DNA of 64,000 bases from a virus, in IMG/VR virus record IMGVR_UViG_3300025151_000018, positions 1-64,000 of that record, one strand, 5' to 3'. Made by a program: the position numbers and the translations under genes. Within the stretch, counting starts at the first letter, position 1. Every line of letters begins with the position of its first letter. The notes below the pieces were generated by a model, which was not told where the DNA came from, searched no databases, and worked only from the letters and a program-made list of their open reading frames with translations. Positions 28,419 to 40,400 of this stretch are shown one piece after another.

Positions 28419-29987
28419 ATGATGGCAATAGAGATGAATGCGGGGTTAAATAGTATAACAAACACACAGAGAAAATGGTCTGATTATGCAGTTGTGAACG
28501 GTAATCAAACAGGTTCACAATTCATTAGAGGCTACATTGAGCGATTCAATACGGTATCATTTTTCAATGAATACGCAGGGCTTCTATCATACTTCTTTGC
28601 TATGGGTCAATTGGCTGCGCCATTTGTCCGTATTCCTATTCACGGAACATACATAGATTGCAGGGTTCACACATATTGGATTCAGCAATCAAGGACAGGT
28701 AAATCAATCGCATGGGAATTTACAGACAGACTGTTAGAGAAACTTGACATCTCTTCTGACTCATTTACGGCAGGTTCAGACGCAAGACTAATCGGAACAA
28801 TAGACAGGCAACCTGTTTTAGATGACAATGGGCGACCAACAGGTGAATACAATGACATTGTTGTTGAGGGGCTTCTAAATGGCTACAAAACACTACTGTT
28901 TGACGAGGCTTCTATTCTATTGAATGATGCAAAGGCACACTTCTCGGATAAGATTCTATACTTGCAACAGGCTATGGCCCCGTTAGGGTCAAGAACCAAT
29001 GTATTGGTTAAGCACTTGGTTGGTGGTTCTGTTAGGACTCCTTCTGGTGTTTCATTGTGGATGACTACATTCCCACCAAAAGACATTATGGATCATGTGC
29101 TTGACAAAGGTTTCTTTCAGCGTGTATTCCTATTTCAAAACGATGTATCTCTTGAGCAAAGACAGACAACAAGCGAACACCGTATGTCTGGTGCATACCG
29201 AAGGGTGTCAAACACTATCATGGATTATGAAACACTTGCCGATTATATGCAAGAATGTGTTGATTTGGTTAGAGAGCGACTATGGGATGCTATGGGGCTT
29301 GAAGTGGAACATGAAGAAGTTAGAGAGCGAAATGAAGATGGTGAATTAACAGGACAGATTATCACCGTTCCTGTATCAAGAGAAGTCCAATGGAATAACA
29401 TGAGCGCAGGGGCAAAAGAAGATGCTGCTATGGAACACGCTTATGATATATTCTCGGTATCACCGGGTTATGAGGCAGCCGTTCTAAATGCGGTTGATGA
29501 TTACTATGGTTTAGTCCATAGTGTATCAAGCGAAACCATTAGAGAAACCGCTATGACATTCGTTCCTAACATTGAAAACTACACACTTATCTTCTCTAAC
29601 TTGATTGCCATTACAATGAAATCATCTGTAATCACAGAGGATCATGTGATGATGGCAAGTGAAATCATCTATGATAATATGCACAATCTAATCATCTGGC
29701 TTGAACAGAAACAGAATTTCAAGGACAAAAAGCGACTTGCTGGTGAAAGAGCAGCATGGATGCAAGCATTCAACCAATTACAGAAGTTTGTTGATGAAAA
29801 AGACGGAAAGGAGAAGGTTAAGCAAACCGAGTTGTTAGCGACATACGCAGCACAACAAAGTATTGCCAACATTACGGCACAGAGGCGATTCAAAGCCCTT
29901 AGAGATGGGGGTCAGGCTATCGTTAGTCGTGCAGGTAGCGAGAACGGTGGTTGGAGAAACTATGTTATGTTCACATGGGGTGGTTAA
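28419..29987 (+). CDS. MCM-like AAA+ replicative helicase (divergent)
   Basis: Walker A SRTGKS, SDARLIG, Walker B LLFDEAS, Arg finger GFFQR; winged-helix-like C-terminus. Confidence 0.7.
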   Translation: MMAIEMNAGLNSITNTQRKWSDYAVVNGNQTGSQFIRGYIERFNTVSFFNEYAGLLSYFFAMGQLAAPFVRIPIHGTYIDCRVHTYWIQQSRTGKSIAWEFTDRLLEKLDISSDSFTAGSDARLIGTIDRQPVLDDNGRPTGEYNDIVVEGLLNGYKTLLFDEASILLNDAKAHFSDKILYLQQAMAPLGSRTNVLVKHLVGGSVRTPSGVSLWMTTFPPKDIMDHVLDKGFFQRVFLFQNDVSLEQRQTTSEHRMSGAYRRVSNTIMDYETLADYMQECVDLVRERLWDAMGLEVEHEEVRERNEDGELTGQIITVPVSREVQWNNMSAGAKEDAAMEHAYDIFSVSPGYEAAVLNAVDDYYGLVHSVSSETIRETAMTFVPNIENYTLIFSNLIAITMKSSVITEDHVMMASEIIYDNMHNLIIWLEQKQNFKDKKRLAGERAAWMQAFNQLQKFVDEKDGKEKVKQTELLATYAAQQSIANITAQRRFKALRDGGQAIVSRAGSENGGWRNYVMFTWGG

Positions 29988-30155
29988 GTGGGAATAAATT
30001 GCTGGTTTTGTGGTGGTAAAATGATATGGCAATCAGATGCAAATTATGATGAGGTATTTGCCGAAGGTGATGGGGTAGTAGCATTTCTAACCTGTTCATC
30101 ATGTAATGCCGAAGCAACATTTTCATTGAAGGAAGGAGATGAAGGTAATGATTAA
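29988..30155 (+). CDS. Zn-ribbon microprotein, 55 aa
   Basis: CWFCGG...CSSCNA; GTG start. Confidence 0.6.
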   Translation: MGINCWFCGGKMIWQSDANYDEVFAEGDGVVAFLTCSSCNAEATFSLKEGDEGND

Positions 30156-30738
30156 AGGAATAGCAGTAATTTACAATACAGACATAAACGATGAGTTTGA
30201 TGTTGAGCGAAAGATAAGAATGATAGCAGTATGTAATGATAGAAATGATGTTATGTTGTTTGCTGACTTTGATGAAGAATTAGGTGCTATCAACCGAAAG
30301 ACTGTTGGTTGTCATGTTTATGATCTTGGTGAATGCCAATGGAAAGATGAGTTTGGTAATGCCGATATATCAACACTAATTGGTTATGATTTGCATGATA
30401 CTCTAAACGGCAACACCTTTGACATTCTCCATGAGGTTAAGAAAGTTAGTGCCGATTATTTACAAAACAACGGCAAAAGGTTTGCACTTGAGGATTTACT
30501 TAGGTGGAATGGGATAAGAAGCAAGCCTATGATGTTGCTTGATAACATTAGAAAGGAAATGGCATACAAGAAAGGTGCTTTACACAAGGTAGCCAAAGTA
30601 GCAATCAATGAAGCAAAGATGTGCCTCAAATTATATCAGAAAGTAATCAAGACCAAGAAAGTTAGGTTTTTAGACGCTAATACAGGAAAGAAACCAGCCT
30701 GTGTTGTCAGTTGGGGTGAGTTTGGTGAGGAAGAATGA
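30139..30738 (+). CDS. Degenerate RNase H-like/DEDD exonuclease-fold protein
   Basis: LIGYD...FDIL...RFALEDL...KLYQ layout of YprB/RNase_H_2-like proteins; catalytic acids missing. Confidence 0.45.
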   Translation: MKVMIKGIAVIYNTDINDEFDVERKIRMIAVCNDRNDVMLFADFDEELGAINRKTVGCHVYDLGECQWKDEFGNADISTLIGYDLHDTLNGNTFDILHEVKKVSADYLQNNGKRFALEDLLRWNGIRSKPMMLLDNIRKEMAYKKGALHKVAKVAINEAKMCLKLYQKVIKTKKVRFLDANTGKKPACVVSWGEFGEEE

Positions 30739-30905
30739 GCAAACCAGACAAGGGAGTCGGACAAGTCCGAAAAATGTTCATACCATGTCCTTATTGCGAC
30801 AAGTGGGCTTGTGTCAGACATCTCGTTTGCCATCATTGCGAAACCCCCTTGCTACCAAAGGACTTGGATCCATACAGAGAAGAAGTCAGCACCAGAAGGT
30901 GGTAA
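30735..30905 (+). CDS. Zn-ribbon microprotein, 56 aa
   Basis: CPYC...CHHC; ATGA overlap. Confidence 0.6.
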   Translation: MSKPDKGVGQVRKMFIPCPYCDKWACVRHLVCHHCETPLLPKDLDPYREEVSTRRW

Positions 30906-30906
30906 A

Positions 30907-31044
30907 ATGAGTATGTGCAAGGAATGCGGTCATGCGATTAGTGTGAGGAATACAAGAACATCAAGAAGCAAAAGAGAAAGCATTTGCGGTAAATGTTATC
31001 TGCATCGTAAGGCGAAAGAGAGAAAACTCAAGGGTTTGGCTTAG
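30907..31044 (+). CDS. Zn-finger microprotein, last gene of the + strand block
   Basis: CKECG...CGKCY. Confidence 0.6.
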   Translation: MSMCKECGHAISVRNTRTSRSKRESICGKCYLHRKAKERKLKGLA

Positions 31045-32285
31045 AATAGCCTTCTTTGCATTTCCGACATATCAACAGTATTTGGGAAATTTCTCAAACC
31101 AATCATCTCAACCTTTGCTTCTTTGTTGCCTTTTGGTTTCCTAAGCCAAGGGTGTATTGTCATATCAGCATCTTGTGCAGCATCTATGAGATTATACATA
31201 GGTTCACCGTCTTTGTCATACATATAGTTGGAATAAATGACCGGGCCTTCTAACTCTGACGCTATACGCAGGGTATCTCTTTGCAAATCATCAAAGGTCT
31301 TGCCCTGCAATTGCTCTGCCGAACCGCCATAAGAAATATCTCTCCCCTGATATGGTGGATCTAGATAGGTAGTGTGCTGCGGTGTCAAAAACTCTGATGT
31401 TTGTCTTAAATCACCTGTGTGTATATCAACATCTTTCAATCTGGCAGCATAAGGGTCAAGGTTGATTGAGCCAACATCGTGTGGCATATATCTAACGCTT
31501 GAACTTCTAAATGAGCCTTCTGCATTAGGTATCTTGATTTTCCCCTCTGTGTATGGAACGGCAGGTTTTTCACCCCAATCTTCATAGGAAAACATACCAT
31601 CTCTGTATTGAAGGTTTGAACCAACCAGCAAATGAGCAAGCCTCATCAAATCATCATCGTCTAATTTTTCACCCATCACATCTCTCCGATAGCGTATTTC
31701 ATTCAATTCATTCATCATACGCACTTGATCATCATAATCTTGGGCTATATTCACATCACCCATGCCCTGTTGTAGTTGTGTCATAAGATTCGTCATATCT
31801 GGGTTAATATCGCCATATAGACCCCTCCCCTGATTCATTCCCAAAATGTATGAACCACTACCACCGAATAATTCAGCAGGTATCTTATCTTTACCAGCCA
31901 TTTGTGATAAGGCTCTCAATTGTGGTGCTATTTGCGTTTTGCCACCAATCCAATTGACTACCGTTGGCAACATCTCGGTTTCAGGGTTTGTAAAACCGGG
32001 TAAAGATGCAAAGATTTTGTTGTAATCTCCACCCGCCTTTCTCGCTCTCGCCATTTCAGCCCACGGCTTACCCCTTCTTTTGCCACCATCACCAAAATTT
32101 AACTCTGGTAAAATACCCGTAGTTGAAGTTTTGTTGGCCTTTGCGCTATTGTATCGTTCTAAAATATCCTTAATCATGGGGTCTATCTCGTCAATACTCT
32201 CGTATTCTTTCCCTCTGAAACTAATACTTTTCATCAGATCCCACGCATGTTGGGCTGCACGATCATGGGATATAACACCACGCAC
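31041..32285 (-). CDS. dam: Dam-like (alpha/D12 class) N6-adenine DNA methyltransferase with N-terminal extension
   Basis: NWIGGKT, ELFGGSGS, DIN, YLDPPY; likely GTG start at 32285 after GGAGG (ORF is open to 32333); ends QRRLF. Confidence 0.85.
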   Translation of the reverse strand: MRGVISHDRAAQHAWDLMKSISFRGKEYESIDEIDPMIKDILERYNSAKANKTSTTGILPELNFGDGGKRRGKPWAEMARARKAGGDYNKIFASLPGFTNPETEMLPTVVNWIGGKTQIAPQLRALSQMAGKDKIPAELFGGSGSYILGMNQGRGLYGDINPDMTNLMTQLQQGMGDVNIAQDYDDQVRMMNELNEIRYRRDVMGEKLDDDDLMRLAHLLVGSNLQYRDGMFSYEDWGEKPAVPYTEGKIKIPNAEGSFRSSSVRYMPHDVGSINLDPYAARLKDVDIHTGDLRQTSEFLTPQHTTYLDPPYQGRDISYGGSAEQLQGKTFDDLQRDTLRIASELEGPVIYSNYMYDKDGEPMYNLIDAAQDADMTIHPWLRKPKGNKEAKVEMIGLRNFPNTVDMSEMQRRLF

Positions 32286-32286
32286 A

Positions 32287-32475
32287 TTATTCCCTCCGAT
32301 GCCAATGCCGTGATAGACCACCATGCTCGGCATCCATCATTAAGTCCATATCGTTCTCAATAGGCTCTATGTCCTCCGAAAAATCAAACTTAATGGTTAG
32401 TGCATAAAGGTATAATGCAACCGAAAAGATTATAATACATATAAGCACCGAGAGCGCACCGAAAATTGAAATCAT
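32287..32475 (-). CDS. Small membrane protein
   Basis: N-terminal hydrophobic helix. Confidence 0.55.
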   Translation of the reverse strand: MISIFGALSVLICIIIFSVALYLYALTIKFDFSEDIEPIENDMDLMMDAEHGGLSRHWHRRE

Positions 32476-32747
32476 CTGCTTCTCGCCACCCTTTTACCAC
32501 CTGCACCTAACTGCCTCCGCATCTTAGGTCTTGCACCAGAGCCACTACCCCTGACTTTAGATCGTTTGTATCTGTTAGCGGTTCGCTTACTCTTGTTCTT
32601 GCGTGATACTCCCCACGCCCTACGCTTGGCTTGACGCTCGGCTCTCCCTGCTAAGTTGTTCTTAGTGTAGCCTCTAAATTCGCCCTTCAATACTCCCCAA
32701 CCCGCAGCGATTGCTCGCTCTTCAACTTGGGTCGGGCTTTGCGCCAT
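32472..32747 (-). CDS. Arg/Lys-rich basic protein, possible DNA-condensing virion core protein
   Basis: Very basic composition; AAGWGVLK motif. Confidence 0.55.
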   Translation of the reverse strand: MAQSPTQVEERAIAAGWGVLKGEFRGYTKNNLAGRAERQAKRRAWGVSRKNKSKRTANRYKRSKVRGSGSGARPKMRRQLGAGGKRVARSR

Positions 32748-32914
32748 ATACTACCGCAAGACGGACATTCCCATAAAAATATCCTTTCCCTACTACCCGC
32801 ATAGAAGCCATTTATGCGTAAAGCAAGGACATCCGACTTGCAACTCGGACATGATTGCTCAACCTTGTCTTGATACTTCTTGCTCTTCAAACCAATCAAA
32901 TCTAAATCAGTCAT
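32687..32914 (-). CDS. Zn-ribbon protein (TFIIS/RpoM-like pattern)
   Basis: CPSCK...WECPSCGSIWR. Confidence 0.6.
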   Translation of the reverse strand: MTDLDLIGLKSKKYQDKVEQSCPSCKSDVLALRINGFYAGSRERIFLWECPSCGSIWRKARPKLKSEQSLRVGEY

Positions 32915-32915
32915 A

Positions 32916-34118
32916 TCAGAACCCCGAATGCGTGTAATAAAACCTAACATGACCGGGTGGATTGATGGGTGCTGCTGGATTAACATAGGGATTAGTCTTT
33001 GTTGTAGCCAAATCAATCATGGTGATTACATTTCCAGCGACTGTAAAATCAACACCCTCATATAAATTTACACTAACATCCATTCCAGAGTCAAACCATG
33101 TCGCCACGATTAGGTGTGCTGAACCCGCAACAGGGTTTATTGGATCAGGAACTTCTGTCGGTAGTGGTTGAAAGTGTAGTTGTATCGGACCCGGTCCTGC
33201 ATAGGGATAGGTTTCTATTGATTGACGGTGAACAGGTGTCAATTGATATGCACCACCTGCCCCCGCACCTACTGCTGCATCTGATTGATAGAATAGATGT
33301 GTTTGACCTTCACCGTGATGTATGCCACTTGTAGCCACTATCGCAGGGCTATACCCTTCAGGGTTTCTTGTATAGAATATACCCAACCCAGATGTGGGTA
33401 ATGAACCCGCACCCAAAGCAGGGCTTGTGATTAGATTGTTAATTGGGTCTGTTCCATCACCAGAAGCATTTACCATAGCGGTCAATGGGTATGGCCCGCC
33501 ACGCATGAATACTCTCTTGTCCTCAACAGAGGCTACAACGGGTGCTGAACCACCATAGGTGATTCTCATAGCAGCAAGGATAACAGATTGTTTCACTAAC
33601 TGTGATGATGGCATTTGTGGGTATTGCCCTCCGCCTGTATTGACCTTTTGACCGCATACCAATCCAATGTTATTTGTCGCTGCACCCAACTCTGGATCGA
33701 CTATAACAAGCACCCAACATTCCTCATTCAATGCACTTGGCAATCCCGCAACACCCAAAGGATTGAAGCGAGCGTTGTATAATCCAGCAGTATCAACATC
33801 AAGTGATGATGCCGAGCCTACTGTGTAATACATTCCATCTAATGCTACTATACCTGCATCAACAAAGAATGATTTTGTGCCACTTGTGTTCTTTCTCACA
33901 CAACAATTACCAGAGATAGGGTTATTACGATCAGAACCACCAGAGTCCTGTGAATAGTTATTCAAGTTTAGGGGTATGACACCATTCAACAACCCTCTTT
34001 CTGTAAAGTTGGTTAATGTTGCCGTTGAGAGAACATCACTATCACGCAATCCATCGGATTGCCATGTAGCACCTGTCGCAGTTTTCTCATGCCCTTCATT
34101 TAGTCCTGTTGTTCCCAT
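32916..34118 (-). CDS. Virion structural protein (tail tip/fibre-associated)
   Basis: G/S/P-rich beta protein at the end of the tail cluster. Confidence 0.55.
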   Translation of the reverse strand: MGTTGLNEGHEKTATGATWQSDGLRDSDVLSTATLTNFTERGLLNGVIPLNLNNYSQDSGGSDRNNPISGNCCVRKNTSGTKSFFVDAGIVALDGMYYTVGSASSLDVDTAGLYNARFNPLGVAGLPSALNEECWVLVIVDPELGAATNNIGLVCGQKVNTGGGQYPQMPSSQLVKQSVILAAMRITYGGSAPVVASVEDKRVFMRGGPYPLTAMVNASGDGTDPINNLITSPALGAGSLPTSGLGIFYTRNPEGYSPAIVATSGIHHGEGQTHLFYQSDAAVGAGAGGAYQLTPVHRQSIETYPYAGPGPIQLHFQPLPTEVPDPINPVAGSAHLIVATWFDSGMDVSVNLYEGVDFTVAGNVITMIDLATTKTNPYVNPAAPINPPGHVRFYYTHSGF

Positions 34119-34459
34119 TACCGTATCTCCATTACAATATCCACACGCACTTCATTGGTTGCATTCTTGCTAATCGGGTGAAATGAAGTCCGATAGGCAG
34201 GGCTATCCAATATGGTAGCCCCATGCACCGACACTTCTTTGATGTCCTTTGCACTAATTAAACTTGTATCAAATGTAGCACTAATTGAGATGGTTCTGTC
34301 ATCTATTCTCTGTATGATTGGTGTTGTTGTCATAGCAGCAGCACCAACACCACCGTCTTTGCTTGATGCCGAACCACCTGTTGTGCCGAGAGTCATTTGT
34401 TTTACAAGTGTTTGAAGGTGTGTAGCCAACTGTGCTTTTATTCCATCCAAAACAGGCAT
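34118..34459 (-). CDS. Small tail/baseplate protein
   Basis: MTLGTTG...KEVSV...ISKNATNEVRVD pattern seen in tail-fibre collar-like proteins. Confidence 0.5.
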   Translation of the reverse strand: MPVLDGIKAQLATHLQTLVKQMTLGTTGGSASSKDGGVGAAAMTTTPIIQRIDDRTISISATFDTSLISAKDIKEVSVHGATILDSPAYRTSFHPISKNATNEVRVDIVMEIR

Positions 34460-37400
34460 CTAACTCACCCCGTAAAATACGGACTTTGATTGCCCTACGG
34501 GTTGCCCCCTCTTATGGATAACCCTTATTTCAGCACCATTCGGCACTAATACTGCGTTGTTCGCAATGAGCGTGATAGTATTTGCTGACAATGCACCCGG
34601 TCCAACCACACCAACATGAAGCCATTGATCGTAATCTGTCGCAGCACCTGATGATGTAGTGGCAGCGACCCTAACCTCTATGGAGTCGCCATTTGCAATA
34701 CGGTATCTTGAGTCAAGCGTTCCTACCGCTATTGTGGTGGTGCTACCTGCGGGGTGATCTGCGGTTGAATATACTCCTGTGCGACCACCGCTAACACCTA
34801 TGTTTCCTAACGGGCGACCCAGATTTGTAGTGGCATTGGTTCTCCAACCCGCCCCCAGAGCCATGCTACTGTTGTTATTCATTCTAACAACAACACGAGA
34901 TGATGCAAGCACCCGCACAGGTGCGGAGAAAATCAAATCAATCAAGTCCTCAAGTGTGGTGGCATCTGTGCTACTTGTTTCTGCTGATGCTGATTGCAGG
35001 TCAGCGATTAAACCCTCTATGCCCTTATCATATTGACCTATCACCAGATTTGTTAGACCTGTTGTGAAATTGGTGTATGTTTCAAAGACGGCAAACTCTC
35101 CCTTGATGCCCTCCATGACAAAATCAACACCGATAATATCACCCGGCTCAATATCCTGTGCTTTTGCCAGCCCTTCAACACGAAGTATAGAAGAACCTTG
35201 TTCAGTCCTTCTCATCAATCTCTTTGCAAGTTTCAATCCTTCTTTCTTGCTCTTTAAGCCCGGTAGCGTTTGTATTAGTGTGCGCTCTAAGCCTTCTCCG
35301 CCCTTGCCACCCATCTTTTTGATGTGTTCCATGTCTTTGACTTCGGCTATCACAGTTTCATTCTCGGCAACTGTGTCGCCATGTATGATAATGTGGTTTG
35401 CCCTCTCCATCATAGCACTAACTTCAATCAACTGTGGTGCGCTACTTGAACCGACCCTACGATCAGAGAGGGAGAATGCTTCTTCTGTGTAAAGAAGGAC
35501 TCCACCATCACCAATTACTAATTGGCGACCATCCATTTGTGAAAAGTGTCTTAACAAGTCCATGATAAACAGACCCTTGCCTGTCCTATTGACGAATGAA
35601 TCACTATGTTGCATTGTGTTATGGAGAGATGGGTGTCCTCCGAGCATTGACAATAGAGATGTTTTACCATAAGGCTCAAAGCCCATAGAAATAAAGATTG
35701 GATCGGGGTGTATTACTTCAACCGCTTCTTTGTATGTTTCATAATTCACCAAATCAGCACCAGATATATTGTGCGTAATGTCGTTAAGCAACATCAAAGC
35801 AGCGTCAGTAGTCCTAACACCGACAGAAATGTTGTGTCCTAACCTTATCCCCTCAATAGTCATACCAGAATTGGATAGTGTGTTTTGTTGAAGGTTTCTA
35901 AAAATCAAGTTGTTGTTTTTATCTTTACCAGCAATTCTCCACTTCTTATTTTTACCATCATACAAGTAATGTGGCGTAGTAGCATCTTTAATTGTATTGC
36001 CATCAACATAGACTTCATTCAAACCACCCGTTCCGGGTTTGTTGATGTATGACAGACTACCCCCTGTTTCACCGTCTGTTATGGTGTAGCGTTGGGCTGA
36101 AAGCATACTAAAATCACTTGGATCATAATGCCCTAATCCCCGATAGGAGATATTAGGTGCATACTCAACACTATCATTAGGTGATGTGCCATCCCATTTG
36201 TCTGTATGATAAGATGCAACGGTCATAGCATTATCAACAAGAGAAGGAACAATCACCAACTTCTGTGATACCGAATGGATATTGTTTTTGGTTGATTTGT
36301 ATGTGTTATCCGTTCCCCTTAGCATTGTGTCTTGGGCTATTTCAATTAAAACCGTAGCGGAGAATCTAATTGAAGTGGGTGAGGGGAATGCTACAATCGT
36401 TCCGACTACCCCGTTCCTTGTGCGTATGACTTCGCCAATAGAGAATACTTCGCTTGGGAATTGTTGTCCTACATTCGGTGTTCCCGAACCTGACGACCAA
36501 TTTGCACCAACACCTGTTAGTGTATCTGTTGAACCTGCTGCTACGGTTGCACCTGCATATATTGAAACCCCTGTTCCCATATTTTTACCCGGTCTAACTG
36601 TCATGCCAACAAGATCAGTATCTAATGACAAATCCCCTGTTGCTGGTGGTGCGCTTGGATTAAGATAGAATGTGGTTCTCGTTTTATTACTGTATGTGAA
36701 TTGCCCTGACTTGCCTATAACAATTAGTGTTCCCGAAGGAGGGAAACCGCTTGTATCTTCAACTTCAATGTAGCCACCAAAAGGCGAAAGTGGTGGTTGC
36801 GGTGCTGACTTGACAATCTTGCTACTAACACCTAACACAGTCAATGCAGTTGGGGTTTGCTTCTTGATTGCTACATTATTCTTTGCTGCCATAGCAAACG
36901 GTCTTGTAATCTCTGCGTGATTTGCTTCACTTTGCGATACTTCTTCGCCACCGCCCGGATGTGTTGATTGAGAATACCTTGCATCTGTATCAGCGTGTAT
37001 TATTCCTTGCCCGTCAGTCCGTGAAGCATCGGATTTGAAATGTTGTAGCATATTCGCTGATGGTATTAGATGCCAAACCACATCACGGTTGTTTGCATCA
37101 GGCCAATCAATTCTAACACCGCCCGAATTTAGGCTACTTATTGGAATCATAGGCGAAGTGCGTTCCTCATTCAACTCAAATATACCATATCTGTTATCCC
37201 TATGGAAATGCCCTGCATTGCCAACCTTAGCATTCGGGCCTAACAACCAGCCATCTGGGTGCTGGATCGAATTGCTCTGCCCTCCTGAAAATGCAGTTAT
37301 CTTTAACGGTCTAACCGCCCTAACAACATAGTCCACATATTTTCTAACATTTTGACCTGCCTCTGATGACAAAGGATCGAATGAATGATGTTGGCTCAAG

Positions 37401-40400
37401 GCTTGTGAATCATAATCATCACGGTTAAGATATGTTTTACGGAGAATAAATACACCACCCCACGCTGGTAAATCACCGCTACCACGAACCGCCCATGTAT
37501 CTATCATGGTATAATCTGGATTGTTTAGCATCTTTGACACTTCTCCACCAGCCAAAGCCCCATGACTTGAAGTTGTATGTAAATTGAAAATTGGTTTGTG
37601 AACAGGTTGATTTATCAAATTCCGCCCATAGGGTTGGTCGCTAATTGATGTGCCATACACATCTGTTGCAGTTGTCGCTACTGCATCATACGGTTTTCTT
37701 GATTCATTGAATTTGGTTTTCCTGTATTTGCTGACATAAGACGGGAGAACGGGGAATTGCTGACCTACAATCAAATCTGTATGTAAAGAAGCAGCCTTTG
37801 TGCTTGTAATGATATACTCTTTCTCTTGCCCTGTCCTTTTCATTGAATGGGGTTCTGTTATTAGCCCCAATCTTGGCGACATATCCGATTGCACTTGTCT
37901 ATGATCAGCAATTTCTGATAATGGTATAGGGAATACCCCTCTAACTGTTGCCGATGTAGTATCTTTCATATCAATTTCTCGCCCCCAACCATGAGATGGG
38001 AAATGGTGTTGCCTGTCATCATGTATGAAATCTGTATTTGTTGATGAGGGTAGTGTAGTGCCTGTGAAAACATCAACAGGGTGTGCGTTTAGGTGCAGGT
38101 TATTCCCTTTCTGGTGAATGAAGTTAGTCGCTGGACTCGCTGAAAACTGTGTAGTTTGTGTCAAAGCATCAACAGAATCCTTTGCTTTCACCGCATCACC
38201 TGTATGGTGATTCAAATCAACAATTGGGTCAGAACCTTTGTTCAATGTCTTAGCAGTAAGCAAAGGTGCGTTTGTTTCCGTTGGCGAAATGCTTGTGAAA
38301 TCGGTCTTAACAGACTCCACTACCCCTGCTGGCATAGCCTTATGACTAACCAGACCTATACTCTCATCTTGTAATACTCTCCCCATTCCTACTTCCTTTT
38401 CACCTTTAGCCCAAGGTTCATTAGAGAGTCTTAGGTAATCCTCACCTGCTGAATGGCTTGTCAATACCATACCAACAGGGGTAGTCCTTTCAACACCCGC
38501 ATAACCTCTCGGCCATAGCCAATCAGCACCATCGTCAATTGTCGGTAGTTTTTGCATGGTATCATGCACACCACCATCAAAGCGAGCAGATCTGGTGATA
38601 GCCTGTTGTGCGGTGTTGCTTGCTGCTGATTGTGCAGGGTCGCCAGCGAGCATATTCAAAGCATCACTTGCCCCTCTCATACCCCATGCTCTAACAGGTA
38701 GCCTACGGCTGAAATCTATTGCCGACATTGGTGATGTAATAGTATAAATCATGTCATAAATTCGGTTAGAAGCATTCTGGTGCAACACAACTTCTTCATA
38801 ACCTACTGTTGGTGTCAAACCATCTCCTATTCCCTCTCCCCTTGATAGCCTCTCAATAGGTATTCCTAACAACGGTATTTGATATTTACTTGGTAGCCTT
38901 AGTGTTCCGTGTGCCTCTCTAACAGTAGTATGCCCCATCAATACAGAACCTGCTGCTCTTAGGCCATGTGTTGTGCCATGACCCCCTGCGTTTAGCCCAT
39001 TGTAGCCATACTGTTGAAGCCATTGGAATACATACATTCTTTCAAATGGTAATGACTTTTCATCTCCATCACTATATCCAATTGTTGTGTGTGATACCTT
39101 TGCATTTCTCAACAACAAGTCCTTAGTAGCGGGGTAATTTGTTGCACCCGGCATACCTGACGCTCGGTATCTCATAGTCATGTATTGCTCACGGCTCGTG
39201 CCGAGTAATGCAGGGTGTGAATACTCGGCTAACCATGTGCAAAGGAAAGCGTCAGGCATTGCGTTTGAGTTGGTATCTTCTGCCTTTGCTAAAGCCAAAT
39301 CTTTGTTTGGCATTAGTAATGGACTACCCTCAAAGTCGGAGGCTGCTGATAACGCACCACCATGAATTGGTTTAGGCGCACTTGCCTTGTTGGTTAATTG
39401 AGGATCGTGCGATAGTAATGGTGGTGTTGTTGCCAATTCTGTCGCAACTCTGGGTTGAGTCCAACCCTGTGGCATACCCTTTGTTGCTAAATATGTATGA
39501 GCAGCAGTAATTGTTCCTAAATACTGTGTCGGATATGGCCGACCACCCATTAGTTTGTATTGACCTATGAAGAAACCGTTTATTGCAAATTCTTCACCTG
39601 CGTTATATGCCCCATTGACGATTTTGTTGCTCGCCAAATCAAATGCAACAGGCGCACCATGACCTGAAAGCGGTGTTGAATATGTTGCAACATCATCCAT
39701 GCCGAGTAAAGATGGTTTGTATGTTGTTGCGTCAGCATCAACAAAGTGCGATTGTTCATAACTGCCAAATGGCATAGTATGCTCTTGACCCGGTGCAAAT
39801 AGTATTTCTGGCTCTTGTCTTGGTCTGCCTGAATAAAATTCATGGTGGAAAGCGTTTGAACCATAGGCTACTTCTTCACAAGGGAATCCGTCAGCCGAGA
39901 ATGAGCCTGTTGAATGGTTGTAAGCATTCAATTTTGTTTCAAGTGTATCAAGATAATATCTGGTTGTAGTTTGAGATGGCTCAAGGTTTTGGAAACCCCA
40001 ATGCTTATGCTCTGTTTCAGCCTCAAACATGAGGGAATACGCTGACCCATGTGAACGGTGTAATTGTCGCCTCAAGGACTTCGGTGTTCCTCTCATAGTC
40101 ATGGGAGATACAAATGAATGCCCCTGCCTACCAAATCTAATCCTATGATGTGGTATTATGGTGGCTGATGGCATACCGTTTGTAGTTTCAGTAAGCACAG
40201 AACCCCGTTCAACATGATCAGACAGACGGTGCGCTGCGAACAGTCTGGTTGTTCCGCTTGGCACAGAACCTACTGTGTTATTCAAGTCCAAACCAAACTG
40301 TGATTCTAATGTGTCATGCAAAATACGCACAGGATGGAAATGTAATACTCTGTCATGTGTGTCAAATTGCGTGGCTTCACCCGGATTACTATCTAATGTG

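Noticed and set aside
19696-29987. Inteins or introns in PolB, primase or helicase
   Set aside because: Lengths are compact and no intein C/S...HN splice-junction blocks were seen
6200-30740. Many proteins ending in GEEE, GGE or GDE as a shared C-terminal motif
   Set aside because: Explained by the next gene's GGTGA/GGAGG ribosome-binding site overlapping the last codons
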